IMG/VR virus record: IMGVR_UViG_3300009155_000048
Location: 43,135-107,134 of that record
Length of the DNA: 64,000 nucleotides
Source of the DNA: a virus
Direction: 5' to 3' (one strand)
The notes under the pieces were generated by a model. It was not told where the DNA came from. It worked only from the letters and a program-made list of their open reading frames with translations, and did not search any database. Shown piece by piece: positions 48,201 to 56,327 of this stretch (positions are counted from its first letter, which is position 1; each line of letters begins with the position of its first letter). The position numbers and the translations under genes are program-made.

Positions 48201-49336
48201 CTCCAGGCACATATTCATTGAGATTGGTAGATGGTAATCAAGGATCAAATAAAGTATTAACATCTGATTCATTCGGTAACGCAAGTTGGGCAACAGCTAG
48301 TGGAAATACATATTATGCAGGAAACGGATTAACACAAAGTGTTGGTAACACATTTTCTATACTACTACAAACCGGATCAGGTCTTACAAGTAGTTCAAAT
48401 GGGATATCATTAAATAGCCAAGTATCATCTAAGTCTGCTGATTTTATAGTTGATAATAATGAAAATGGATACTTATATTATGTAACAACCGGAACATCAC
48501 TAATTACTTGTACACCACCGAGTGTGAGCAATGGGTTTGAGTTCACCATCATGAAAGTTGATAATACAAATGGTGTTATTCAAGTAACCGGTGTTTATGA
48601 GTATTCTGGATCTACCAATCTATCATATTTAACAAGACAGAATGAGACCATAACTTATAAATATAATGGTTCTTCTTGGGTAGCTTATGTAGTTGATGAT
48701 GGTGTTATACCACCATCAACCGTATTGGCTAATATGGGAGCCACATATGGACACGCCGAAGAGTTTCCGGTTTTAGATATAAATGATACTATACAAGGTG
48801 CGATTAATTACAATCAAGGTGGATGGAGTTATGATTGGTTGAGTGGTACTATTTTCTCAGCTTATTCTCCATTAACATTATCCAATGCAACAACAACATC
48901 TATGTTCAATACGGCTTCAAATAGTTTTATTGGACTAACATCAGCACCACTTACAATTAGTGCTTATAGTTTAACATTAGGTAAGTCAATTAGAATTTTA
49001 TTAACAGGTACCGCTTCTGGTAGTGGAGCATTATCTATTTACCCAAAAATAGGTTCACAAACATTCTCATCAACATCTATAACCACAGGAACTATATCAG
49101 ATGCTCCGTGGAGAATAGAATATGAGTTTAAGGTACTTACTGTTGGATCATCTGGTAAATTACATGGTAGCGGATTTTGGATATCATCACAAGCGTCATC
49201 GCCATATCAGAATATAATGGGTACATCTAGTTACTACACAACAGTAGATACCACAATAGACAATAGAATAGACTTTTTACTAACATCATCTAGTTCTTAT
49301 ACAGTTATACATTCTACAATAGAAAGGTTAGCTTAA
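45218..49336 (+). CDS. Tail fibre / adhesin-like protein with NxAxGxxAL beta-roll repeats
   Basis: Gly/Ser/Thr/Asn-rich; NVAIGEQSL-type repeats; two GxVGIGTQSP...RLVDG...GNASW modules. Confidence 0.75.
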   Translation: MTKILNSLKVTGTGSSSQALGVTGGYVSINDKLRIGDWSTPTATVNINSKGTTSSTNAFKITTGFTTNNFYPSLNYSDDGVLTLVGAGLGYGATNSGRPIGSADLVIGNNYYGSIELAGYGIFGRDQGTSEGLSFYIRKVAGGAATYSRGFRFITATDRQFNLQPEADDTFSINYPTYNNGYIRLSSYNDSGKYFRISTDKFTSTQQSDRFGIQGFSDWASVFFRNISSLQIDNNAIVTRNIGTTSNSFPNTFIIGSSQSSINIGTTYGIPTSWNQGSIIIAPSNAINMTASHFPVSGLTHTNNSNIMMVAQVSVIPTGNYNVMIGGGSKITTGSQNVGIGNYLYTTNPALGELTTGSRNTAVGSQALGKLTTGSDNVGLGDRALRDSLVSSSNNVGVGVQAGQSVQSSNNIFIGTNAGRAYNGTGDSVLYLSTHDFTSAARVEAAAAHYSSTYATWSGTPPTWATLNPSYGNVVIFGNESSGSRESSTINSTGTFRSLFFGKGMWHLSTNLNTYVISTSMPTLMTWTASGSITQNNDAVGSSLELVAGVGRGGGTAGDLYFSTGQLTASGTSSLQDKVVRMTIKGGNGFIGVGTQSPSTLLHIYSTQSNAFRLVDGTQGAGKALISDANGNASWGTASGGSGVSGGSASYMALFTSDTSLTPSNIYQGASGSILIGYTSSSSTYTTDTNTLRVNGNVYFDNSTSTSKFFLNGTNLFDNVNRNIALGASALGINNGSVGTNNVAIGEQSLKSNTGDRNIALGYQALLNNSNGTDNISIGEQSLKSNTGAGGSYNVAIGTSALNKNTSGYRNFALGYYSLYSNLTGDNNISIGHNSMFFGMSQSNVAIGANSLYGLKYGSYNVSIGKSAAADLGGATSSLSTPNWQDNYNTFIGTFVAPGLVRGNYNTIISSKLGASDFIGFTQGNYNTYVGYGITGTFSSNQNNTVIGSRVTLVGGITNSIILADGSGNQRIFVNSLGYVGIGTQSPTALLTLNSPGTYSLRLVDGNQGSNKVLTSDSFGNASWATASGNTYYAGNGLTQSVGNTFSILLQTGSGLTSSSNGISLNSQVSSKSADFIVDNNENGYLYYVTTGTSLITCTPPSVSNGFEFTIMKVDNTNGVIQVTGVYEYSGSTNLSYLTRQNETITYKYNGSSWVAYVVDDGVIPPSTVLANMGATYGHAEEFPVLDINDTIQGAINYNQGGWSYDWLSGTIFSAYSPLTLSNATTTSMFNTASNSFIGLTSAPLTISAYSLTLGKSIRILLTGTASGSGALSIYPKIGSQTFSSTSITTGTISDAPWRIEYEFKVLTVGSSGKLHGSGFWISSQASSPYQNIMGTSSYYTTVDTTIDNRIDFLLTSSSSYTVIHSTIERLA
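47448..47582 (+). repeat. Exact 36-bp direct repeat, 99 nt apart, in the fibre gene
   Basis: caattggtgaacaatcacttaaatcaaatactggtg at 47448-47483 and 47547-47582. Confidence 0.9.
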
Positions 49337-49390
49337 AACATATCACATTTGATAATATATAACTATAGATAAAAAAGAATTTATGATTTA

Positions 49391-50947
49391 ATGCCAATTT
49401 ATACAGTATCCACGAATCCAAAAAATATACCAGGACTAAAATTCTGGTTAGATGCTGCTGACACATCAACCCTATCTTTAACCAATACAACTAATGTTGG
49501 TACTTTTTCTGCTGTTTCTAACGGTGTAACTTATAGTGGTAACAACTCAGGACCAGGAGTAAATTGGAAAAATGGAACACCAATAGCCTCTGTTGGATAC
49601 TTAACATATAGTGCAGTATTATCAACTACAACCATAGTATCAAGCATTAGAGATAAAGCAACTGGAGTAACACTATCTGCTGATATATCAGGAGTTATAC
49701 CAACAACTGGGGTTGCTTATAGTGGAACACCAACGGTAAATGGACCAAGATATCTCTATAACAATATAAATGATAAAAATACTATATTATTTAATTATGG
49801 AACAAATAGTGGTGGAGTATATGGACTAAAGGCGAGTACTATGTCCAACTTTATTAGTGCTACACACTCATACTATGCGGTTTTTTCAAATGTATCCAGA
49901 CAAACTAATCAATATGGACAGTATTTAATATCAATATTTAAACCATCTAGATTATTAACCAATGGTGGTTATCCAAATATCGCAACAGCTCTATATAGTA
50001 CTAATACTCAATTGGTCGAGACTGCACAAACTACAACATCAGCACCATATTTATCTGTAGTTGCTCCTATAAATCCCACAACATCTTGGAAAAAAGTTAA
50101 TATTATTTCAGCAAGATTTTTAGGAACATCATCAATGGGTAGATGGTCATTTAACAGTAAAGATAGAAACTATACAATCTATGGAAAGACAGCTTCTTCC
50201 AATCCAATACACATTGCTGGAGATAAACCACCAATTGGTGTAACAATATCAAATGCTAAAATGGTATTAGGTGACTATTGGTTATCACCATATACCGTGG
50301 CTTCCACCACACCAATTCCACCAAATGTATATTTTTGTGAATTTTTATATTACGATAGACAATTAACCGACCAGGAACATTATAAAGTTGTACAATACTT
50401 AGAAAATAAATGGATAAAGCCAGAAGAGGAAACAAAACCAATACAAGTATGTCAATTTTATAAAAACTTCACATATGGAGCTGGTAGTTCACAGATACTA
50501 ACTGGTACAACTTTAGGGATATCAAATACATATGAGGCAAATTTATACCACACAGCATCATATGAAGGTAGGTTCGCACTTGTTCAGATTGCTACAACTG
50601 GGGAAATACTTCCAACAGGAAGTAGTTTATATGGACAAAGATTATATTGTAGAGTAGATATACTACCAACAACACAAAGTGATGGTACACCACCAAAGGG
50701 AACTCAGACGGGAATGGGATTTTGGCTTGGACAAGGAGGAGGATACTTTACACCAAATACAAGACCACCTGATTTTTATATACCACCCGGGGCATCTGGA
50801 TCATATGAAGGTGTGTGTACCTGGGGATCAACAGCAGTTAGTAATAGAATTTATATTCAAAATTCTAATGAATCAGTTGGTAAAACATGGAGCGGATGGG
50901 TTAAAATTAAAATAGGAACAGTGGGATGTGGATTAAATCCCTCTTGA
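49391..50947 (+). CDS. LamG/concanavalin-A-like domain virion protein
   Basis: GLKFWLDAAD...EFLYYDRQLT...YLENKW. Confidence 0.7.
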   Translation: MPIYTVSTNPKNIPGLKFWLDAADTSTLSLTNTTNVGTFSAVSNGVTYSGNNSGPGVNWKNGTPIASVGYLTYSAVLSTTTIVSSIRDKATGVTLSADISGVIPTTGVAYSGTPTVNGPRYLYNNINDKNTILFNYGTNSGGVYGLKASTMSNFISATHSYYAVFSNVSRQTNQYGQYLISIFKPSRLLTNGGYPNIATALYSTNTQLVETAQTTTSAPYLSVVAPINPTTSWKKVNIISARFLGTSSMGRWSFNSKDRNYTIYGKTASSNPIHIAGDKPPIGVTISNAKMVLGDYWLSPYTVASTTPIPPNVYFCEFLYYDRQLTDQEHYKVVQYLENKWIKPEEETKPIQVCQFYKNFTYGAGSSQILTGTTLGISNTYEANLYHTASYEGRFALVQIATTGEILPTGSSLYGQRLYCRVDILPTTQSDGTPPKGTQTGMGFWLGQGGGYFTPNTRPPDFYIPPGASGSYEGVCTWGSTAVSNRIYIQNSNESVGKTWSGWVKIKIGTVGCGLNPS

Positions 50948-51202
50948 TAAAATAATATCAAGATTCTTCTTGGTGAATCCATCCAATGGTCCACCACCAT
51001 CTTTTAAATAACTTTGGTATAAATCTTGGTAATCATCATAAGTGTAAAACTCACCATCTTCACCCATTAAAATTTGAGTATCGGATTGCGATAATGAAAC
51101 AGGTAATTTTTGCTCAGGGTAATTTGGTCCCATAGTGTTTTGACCAATCAACTCCCAACCACTTATAGATTCATTAAATTCATTAAAGTTTTTAATTCTC
51201 AT
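50933..51202 (-). CDS. Small late protein with MRIKNFNEFNE tag
   Basis: ATG 51202 overlaps the end of the upstream gene. Confidence 0.7.
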   Translation of the reverse strand: MRIKNFNEFNESISGWELIGQNTMGPNYPEQKLPVSLSQSDTQILMGEDGEFYTYDDYQDLYQSYLKDGGGPLDGFTKKNLDIILSRGI

Positions 51203-51656
51203 CCTCAACTGGAATTTTTTCAAAAAACTCATCTTGACTACTCAATGAGTATGTATCATGATTAAAATCATACTTGATATTATATAGAAATCTATCGTGT
51301 AATTTTATTTCACCATGTTTTAGGAATAATAAACAGGTATCATCTTCAAAATCATTCTCAATAGAAACTATTTCATCATTTATTTGACCATCTTTATCAT
51401 AAAGATCACAGATAACTTTTCTACCATTATCCAATAATTCACTTACTTTATCAAAAGCTGTGTTCTTAGATAGATGAGACATATCGGTCAAATCTTTATC
51501 CATTATTTGATCATATTTACTCAAAAACTCTTCCTCTCTAGAGGTAAGTTTTTGATGAGATGATATCTTATCAAGGATTCTATTCAACTCATCATCCTTT
51601 ACTGATTCTCTCAATGTTAGGTATTTACTCCATTTTTCAAATTTCATGATTCTCAT
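51192..51656 (-). CDS. Late protein with a DUF6576-like motif near the N-terminus
   Basis: LNRILDKISSHQKLTSREEEFL; late promoter at ~51668-51676. Confidence 0.75.
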   Translation of the reverse strand: MRIMKFEKWSKYLTLRESVKDDELNRILDKISSHQKLTSREEEFLSKYDQIMDKDLTDMSHLSKNTAFDKVSELLDNGRKVICDLYDKDGQINDEIVSIENDFEDDTCLLFLKHGEIKLHDRFLYNIKYDFNHDTYSLSSQDEFFEKIPVEDEN

Positions 51657-51723
51657 AAGTTATAATGTATATATTAAAGACCTAAACTAATTTTATATAT
51701 ACTATAACAATTTATATTACTAA

Positions 51724-54594
51724 ATGGATAAGAAGTTATTAGACGCATTGAACAATTTATCTTACGCACTTGAAGAGATTGCCAACTCACTTAAAGACAA
51801 TAAGGGTGGTAAGGAAAATAAGTCTGCAACAACTACTGCTTTACAAAGTGGAAAGTTGGATAAACAATTACAATCCATCGATAAAGGTGTAAAACAATTA
51901 CAATCCGATAATAAAAAGATCTTAAAGAATCAAGAAACAATAATTGCACTAAGTAAGAAAAAGCCAGCTGAAAAAGATCCACTTGATAAAGCAACCGACC
52001 CTAAGCAAAAAAATAAATTAAAAGATGGATTAGCATCTATTATGATGATTGCAGTTGGTGTATTGGCGATTGGGTTAGCATTCAAATTAATTGGGAAAGT
52101 TAACTTCTTATCCGTAATTGCCTTAGCAATTGCCTTACCATTAGTGGCAATGGCATTTGAGAAAATCGCTAAGATGAAAGACTTAAAGTCTTCCGAAATT
52201 AAAAATATTGTTTTAGTTACAGTAGCAATGGCAGCCGCTATTGCTGCATCATCTTGGGTTTTACAATTAGTTAAACCAGTTGGTATATTTAAGTTGTTTA
52301 CTGCAATTATGATTGCGGCAGCTTTTGGCGCAATCTCTTATGGATTAGGAAATCTATTAACCGGATTTAAGAAAGCTAACATCGATAAGAGTACAGCTCT
52401 AAAATTAAGTTGGCAATTACCATTGGTATTTATTGCACTAAGTGCCGCTATTGCCGCATCATCTTGGGTATTACAATTGGTTAAACCAGTTGGTATATTT
52501 AAGTTATTTACTGCAATTTTAATTGCGGCCGCCTTTGGTGCAATAGCTTATGGATTAGGTAACCTATTAATCGGAGTTAAGAAAGCTAAGATTGATAAAA
52601 AAATGGCAATTGATTTAGCATGGCAACTACCATTAGTATTCATAGCATTAAGTGCCGCCATCGCCGTATCATCTTGGGTGTTACAATTAGTTAAACCAGT
52701 TGGTATATTTAAGTTGTTTACTGCAATCATGATTGCCGCCGCCTTTGCTGTAATTGCCTATGGATTGGGTAACTTATTAGTCGGATTCAAAAAGTCTAAG
52801 ATTGATAAAAAAACAGCAACAGACTTAGCATGGCAATTACCATTAGTATTCATTGCGTTAAGTGCCGCTATCGCAGCATCATCTTGGATATTACAATTAG
52901 TTAAACCAGTTGGTATATTTAAGTTGTTTACTGCAATACTAATCGCCGCTATGTTTACGGTAATTTCATTTGTTATACCACACCTAATGAAAGGAATTAA
53001 AAATGTTAAAGTAAAAGATGTTTTAACAGGTGGGTTAGTCTTATTAGCTATAACTGCTGCAATTGTTGCTGCTTCTTGGTTAATAAGTGTTATGAAGCCG
53101 ATAAGTATAGCAACAATGTTTAAGCTAATATTTCTAAGTATATCATTAGGTATAGCCACTATTGCATTAGCTGGTACAATTTATATTCTTAATAAGATAG
53201 GTAAATTATCAGATTATATCAAAGGTGGTGTAGTTGTTCTTGTTTTAGCATTAACGATTGCAGTAGCCTCAATGATTCTATCAATTGGTAAATATAAAAA
53301 TTACCCATCACCAAAATGGGCTCTTGGTGTTGGTTTAGCCTTAGCATTCTTTGGTATTGGAGCTGTCTTACTTGGAACTCAAGTTATGAACCCATTCTTT
53401 TACGCGGGACTTGGTATGATATTAGTTGTTGGTGGAACTATTGTCGCACTATCATATGTTTTATCAGCTGGTCAATATAAAAAGTTTGCATCAAAAGAAT
53501 GGGCAGTCTCCACCACTCTATTATTAGGAACATTTGGATTATTAGCCGTTGCACTTGGATTAATAGCACCAATTGTTGCACTGGGTGTTGTATCAGCTTT
53601 AGCTATTGTTGGATTTATATATGCAGCAGATTTAATATTCAGAAAAGGAGAATTTAAAAAGTATCCATCAAAATCATGGGTCTTACCAACTACTTTAGTT
53701 ATTGCAGCATTTGCAGCAACAATGGTTGGATTAGCACTGATATCACCATTTTTATTAGTTGGTATTCCAGCCGCACTAGCTGTTGTTGGTATGATTTGGG
53801 CAATAGATAAGATATTTCAAAAAGGTAAATTTAAAAAATATCCAAGTAGAGAGTGGAGTAGAGGTGTCGCACAATCCATTGCCGATATGGTTAAAATAAT
53901 GGATAACACTAGCTTTACATCAGTATTAAAAGGTGGATTATCTTCTCTTTTTGGTGGTGGTGTTGATGATGTCGCTAAAGCAATTTTGAAGTTAGATAAC
54001 ATATTCTCAAAGGGTAAGTTTGTAAATTATCCTAAAAATGACTTTATGAAGAACATATCCTCTAATGTTAGAACATATGCTGATTTAGCCAAATACATAG
54101 TCGATTCCAAAGCTGATAAGTTAAATGTTAAAGATATTACAGATGGAATGATTGGATTAGCAAATGGATATTCTCTATTAGCAAATGGTGTTGCAAAATT
54201 GAATACACAATTACAACAAATTGATGTTGAAAAATTAACTGCTCTCAAAAATTTGACTGGATCTATTGTTCTTTTATCACTAATGGATTCTGATCAATTT
54301 GAAGATATGATGGATGCCTTAGAGGATAAAGCTCAAATATTCATAGATGTTATGAATGATTTAGATAAATCAGGACCAGAGAAGGTTAAGGGTGGAACAA
54401 AAGGAGCCCCAGCTGCACAAGTAAGAGGAAAAGCTGCACCTACTGGACCACCAGCAAAAACAATGGGTGATTTATATAGTATAATGCAACAAGTAAATCA
54501 AAATTTGGCGAATATCGCTAAAACTAATGATAATATGTCTAAGTATGTTGATGAGATTAGATCATCAGATATAGACTTGAAAAAGAAAAAATAA
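51724..54594 (+). CDS. Tape-measure-like hydrophobic repeat protein
   Basis: Ala/Leu/Ile-rich helical repeats with charged termini; late promoter. Confidence 0.6.
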   Translation: MDKKLLDALNNLSYALEEIANSLKDNKGGKENKSATTTALQSGKLDKQLQSIDKGVKQLQSDNKKILKNQETIIALSKKKPAEKDPLDKATDPKQKNKLKDGLASIMMIAVGVLAIGLAFKLIGKVNFLSVIALAIALPLVAMAFEKIAKMKDLKSSEIKNIVLVTVAMAAAIAASSWVLQLVKPVGIFKLFTAIMIAAAFGAISYGLGNLLTGFKKANIDKSTALKLSWQLPLVFIALSAAIAASSWVLQLVKPVGIFKLFTAILIAAAFGAIAYGLGNLLIGVKKAKIDKKMAIDLAWQLPLVFIALSAAIAVSSWVLQLVKPVGIFKLFTAIMIAAAFAVIAYGLGNLLVGFKKSKIDKKTATDLAWQLPLVFIALSAAIAASSWILQLVKPVGIFKLFTAILIAAMFTVISFVIPHLMKGIKNVKVKDVLTGGLVLLAITAAIVAASWLISVMKPISIATMFKLIFLSISLGIATIALAGTIYILNKIGKLSDYIKGGVVVLVLALTIAVASMILSIGKYKNYPSPKWALGVGLALAFFGIGAVLLGTQVMNPFFYAGLGMILVVGGTIVALSYVLSAGQYKKFASKEWAVSTTLLLGTFGLLAVALGLIAPIVALGVVSALAIVGFIYAADLIFRKGEFKKYPSKSWVLPTTLVIAAFAATMVGLALISPFLLVGIPAALAVVGMIWAIDKIFQKGKFKKYPSREWSRGVAQSIADMVKIMDNTSFTSVLKGGLSSLFGGGVDDVAKAILKLDNIFSKGKFVNYPKNDFMKNISSNVRTYADLAKYIVDSKADKLNVKDITDGMIGLANGYSLLANGVAKLNTQLQQIDVEKLTALKNLTGSIVLLSLMDSDQFEDMMDALEDKAQIFIDVMNDLDKSGPEKVKGGTKGAPAAQVRGKAAPTGPPAKTMGDLYSIMQQVNQNLANIAKTNDNMSKYVDEIRSSDIDLKKKK
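52207..52950 (+). repeat. About 3.5 tandem 210-nt (70-aa) coding repeats
   Basis: 47-nt core ttacaattagttaaaccagttggtatatttaagttgtttactgcaat at 52261, 52471, 52681, 52891. Confidence 0.95.
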
Positions 54595-54624
54595 ACAAAT
54601 AATTGTTTATTTAATATAAATTAC

Positions 54625-55059
54625 ATGAAAAACATTTCAATTTTTAAAAAAATATCACTATTTTTTACATATAGAAAAGCTATAAAAAAGATAGAAAAAC
54701 AATTAGAAAGAGAATTTAATATCAGAATAGATGGAGCTTATAGAATCTACACAGTATTAAATGTACCATCAGAACTAATTGAAGAACCATACAATCTGAG
54801 AAAAGGTGATATTGATACACTAGCTCAAAATTTTATCAAAGAATATTCATCACAACTATCTAAATTTTTAGATGCAAATGGATTATATGAGCTTTATGAT
54901 TTCTATGATGTAGAAAAAGTTGATAAATATAGTTATCTTTTAATATTTGGATTTTCAGTATTCAACTCACAGAAAGTATTTAGAGGTATTTATCTCTATT
55001 GGATACCGTCTATTGTGATAATATCTATATTAACTTGGTTATATTTTCAGTTATTTTAA
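54625..55059 (+). CDS. Hypothetical protein with C-terminal TM helix
   Basis: YWIPSIVIISILTWLYF; AAAC-N18-TATAA at 54593-54619. Confidence 0.75.
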   Translation: MKNISIFKKISLFFTYRKAIKKIEKQLEREFNIRIDGAYRIYTVLNVPSELIEEPYNLRKGDIDTLAQNFIKEYSSQLSKFLDANGLYELYDFYDVEKVDKYSYLLIFGFSVFNSQKVFRGIYLYWIPSIVIISILTWLYFQLF

Positions 55060-55106
55060 TAAACTTTTATCTTCATTACATTTATAATAAAAAAACAATT
55101 TACAAT

Positions 55107-55532
55107 ATGAGCAAATTTTATAGTTTGTCAGATGAAACCATCGACACCTTTAAATCAATTTTCAACAAAAAGTCTTTTCCATTTAATGTTGGTTTTCAAT
55201 TTGTTGGATCTGAATCACAAAAAAATCTAATCAAAATCAGTAAAATGCCTGATCAGTTTGCATTTATTTTAGAAAAAGAATTATTGATTAGTATCAATGA
55301 TGATTTAATGAGTGTATTTGAAGAAGAGTCAATTCAAATTCTTATGGAACAAGAAATTGATAAAATTTCTGTTAATATGGATACTGGAAAAATTAAAATG
55401 ATTAAGCCAGATTTGACAACTTTCTCAGGACTTATAAACAAGTATGGAATTGAAAAAGTAGCAAAAGCAAATAAAGTTGAAGAACTTTATGCTGAACAAA
55501 AACAAGATGCTGAAGAAGACTTTTTAGCATAA
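55107..55532 (+). CDS. Putative phage metallopeptidase-fold protein lacking HExxH
   Basis: LISINDD...QILMEQEIDKI...KPDLTTFSGLINKYG; start MSKFYS after the promoter at 55061-55087. Confidence 0.55.
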   Translation: MSKFYSLSDETIDTFKSIFNKKSFPFNVGFQFVGSESQKNLIKISKMPDQFAFILEKELLISINDDLMSVFEEESIQILMEQEIDKISVNMDTGKIKMIKPDLTTFSGLINKYGIEKVAKANKVEELYAEQKQDAEEDFLA

Positions 55533-55578
55533 AACTAATTATTAACAAATAATATAAGAATAAAATTAAATAAACAAC

Positions 55579-56292
55579 ATGGAAAATAAAGTTGAAACAA
55601 ATGTAGTTAAGCCAAATTTAACAATCTTTGAAGGTGAATCGGAATACCGTTTAATCTCTCTTGAAAATGAGACACTCTTAGACAATAAAATTAATGAAAT
55701 TACAAACTTCATGATAACAAATCATGGAAAAGGAAAATCGGATTTAGAAAAAGATAACCTTTATGGTGATGCTAAATCTAAATGGGAAGAGTATGCTACA
55801 ATTTTAAGAGATGTTAAATACACATTTCACTTAAATAGAAAACAATATCAGTTCTTAACCGATCTTTTAATTGATAAAATGGAATATGATGTTAACACAG
55901 TATTCTTAGCAATTGAATTAACAAATATGTTGGGTCAATGGAAAGAGTCTGGTACGTTAAAAGATGACACTTCGGTGCAAGGATATACTTCCGACGCAAC
56001 AGAAGTAACTTATATGTATCACTTAATTTCAAAATATAAAGTTAAGGGATTGAGCAATTCATCATACAGATTCGCGGAAGTTCTTCGTAAAATTGGACAC
56101 ATTTCTAAAATTATTGCTTACTATGATACACATGCAAAAAATCTTTCAAAAGAAATCCAAACTTGGGTAGCATCTTTTGAAGATGGTGTACAAGTAGAAG
56201 GAAAAGATTGGGGAACATCAAATTCTATTGTTGAAGAAATTGTAGAGAAAACAACAAAGAAGAAGAAAAAAGAAGAAGCAACTCAGGAATAA
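55579..56292 (+). CDS. Hypothetical helical protein
   Basis: ORF with A-rich leader and AAAC-N17-TATAA upstream. Confidence 0.8.
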   Translation: MENKVETNVVKPNLTIFEGESEYRLISLENETLLDNKINEITNFMITNHGKGKSDLEKDNLYGDAKSKWEEYATILRDVKYTFHLNRKQYQFLTDLLIDKMEYDVNTVFLAIELTNMLGQWKESGTLKDDTSVQGYTSDATEVTYMYHLISKYKVKGLSNSSYRFAEVLRKIGHISKIIAYYDTHAKNLSKEIQTWVASFEDGVQVEGKDWGTSNSIVEEIVEKTTKKKKKEEATQE

Positions 56293-56294
56293 TT

Positions 56295-56323
56295 AAAAAA
56301 CCTCTCAATTGAGAGGTTTTTTT
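56295..56323. terminator. Bidirectional intrinsic terminator
   Basis: aaaaaacctctcaattgagaggtttttt. Confidence 0.85.
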
Positions 56324-56327
56324 ATGC

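Noticed and set aside
52261-52937. Four 47-nt near-identical repeats resembling a CRISPR array
   Set aside because: The intervening 163-nt segments are homologous to each other and in frame within a 956-aa ORF; this is a coding tandem repeat
18975-56292. Poly-Lys C-terminal tails (GS, tape-measure-like, 237-aa protein) as a signal
   Set aside because: Expected from A-rich composition; too little specific information
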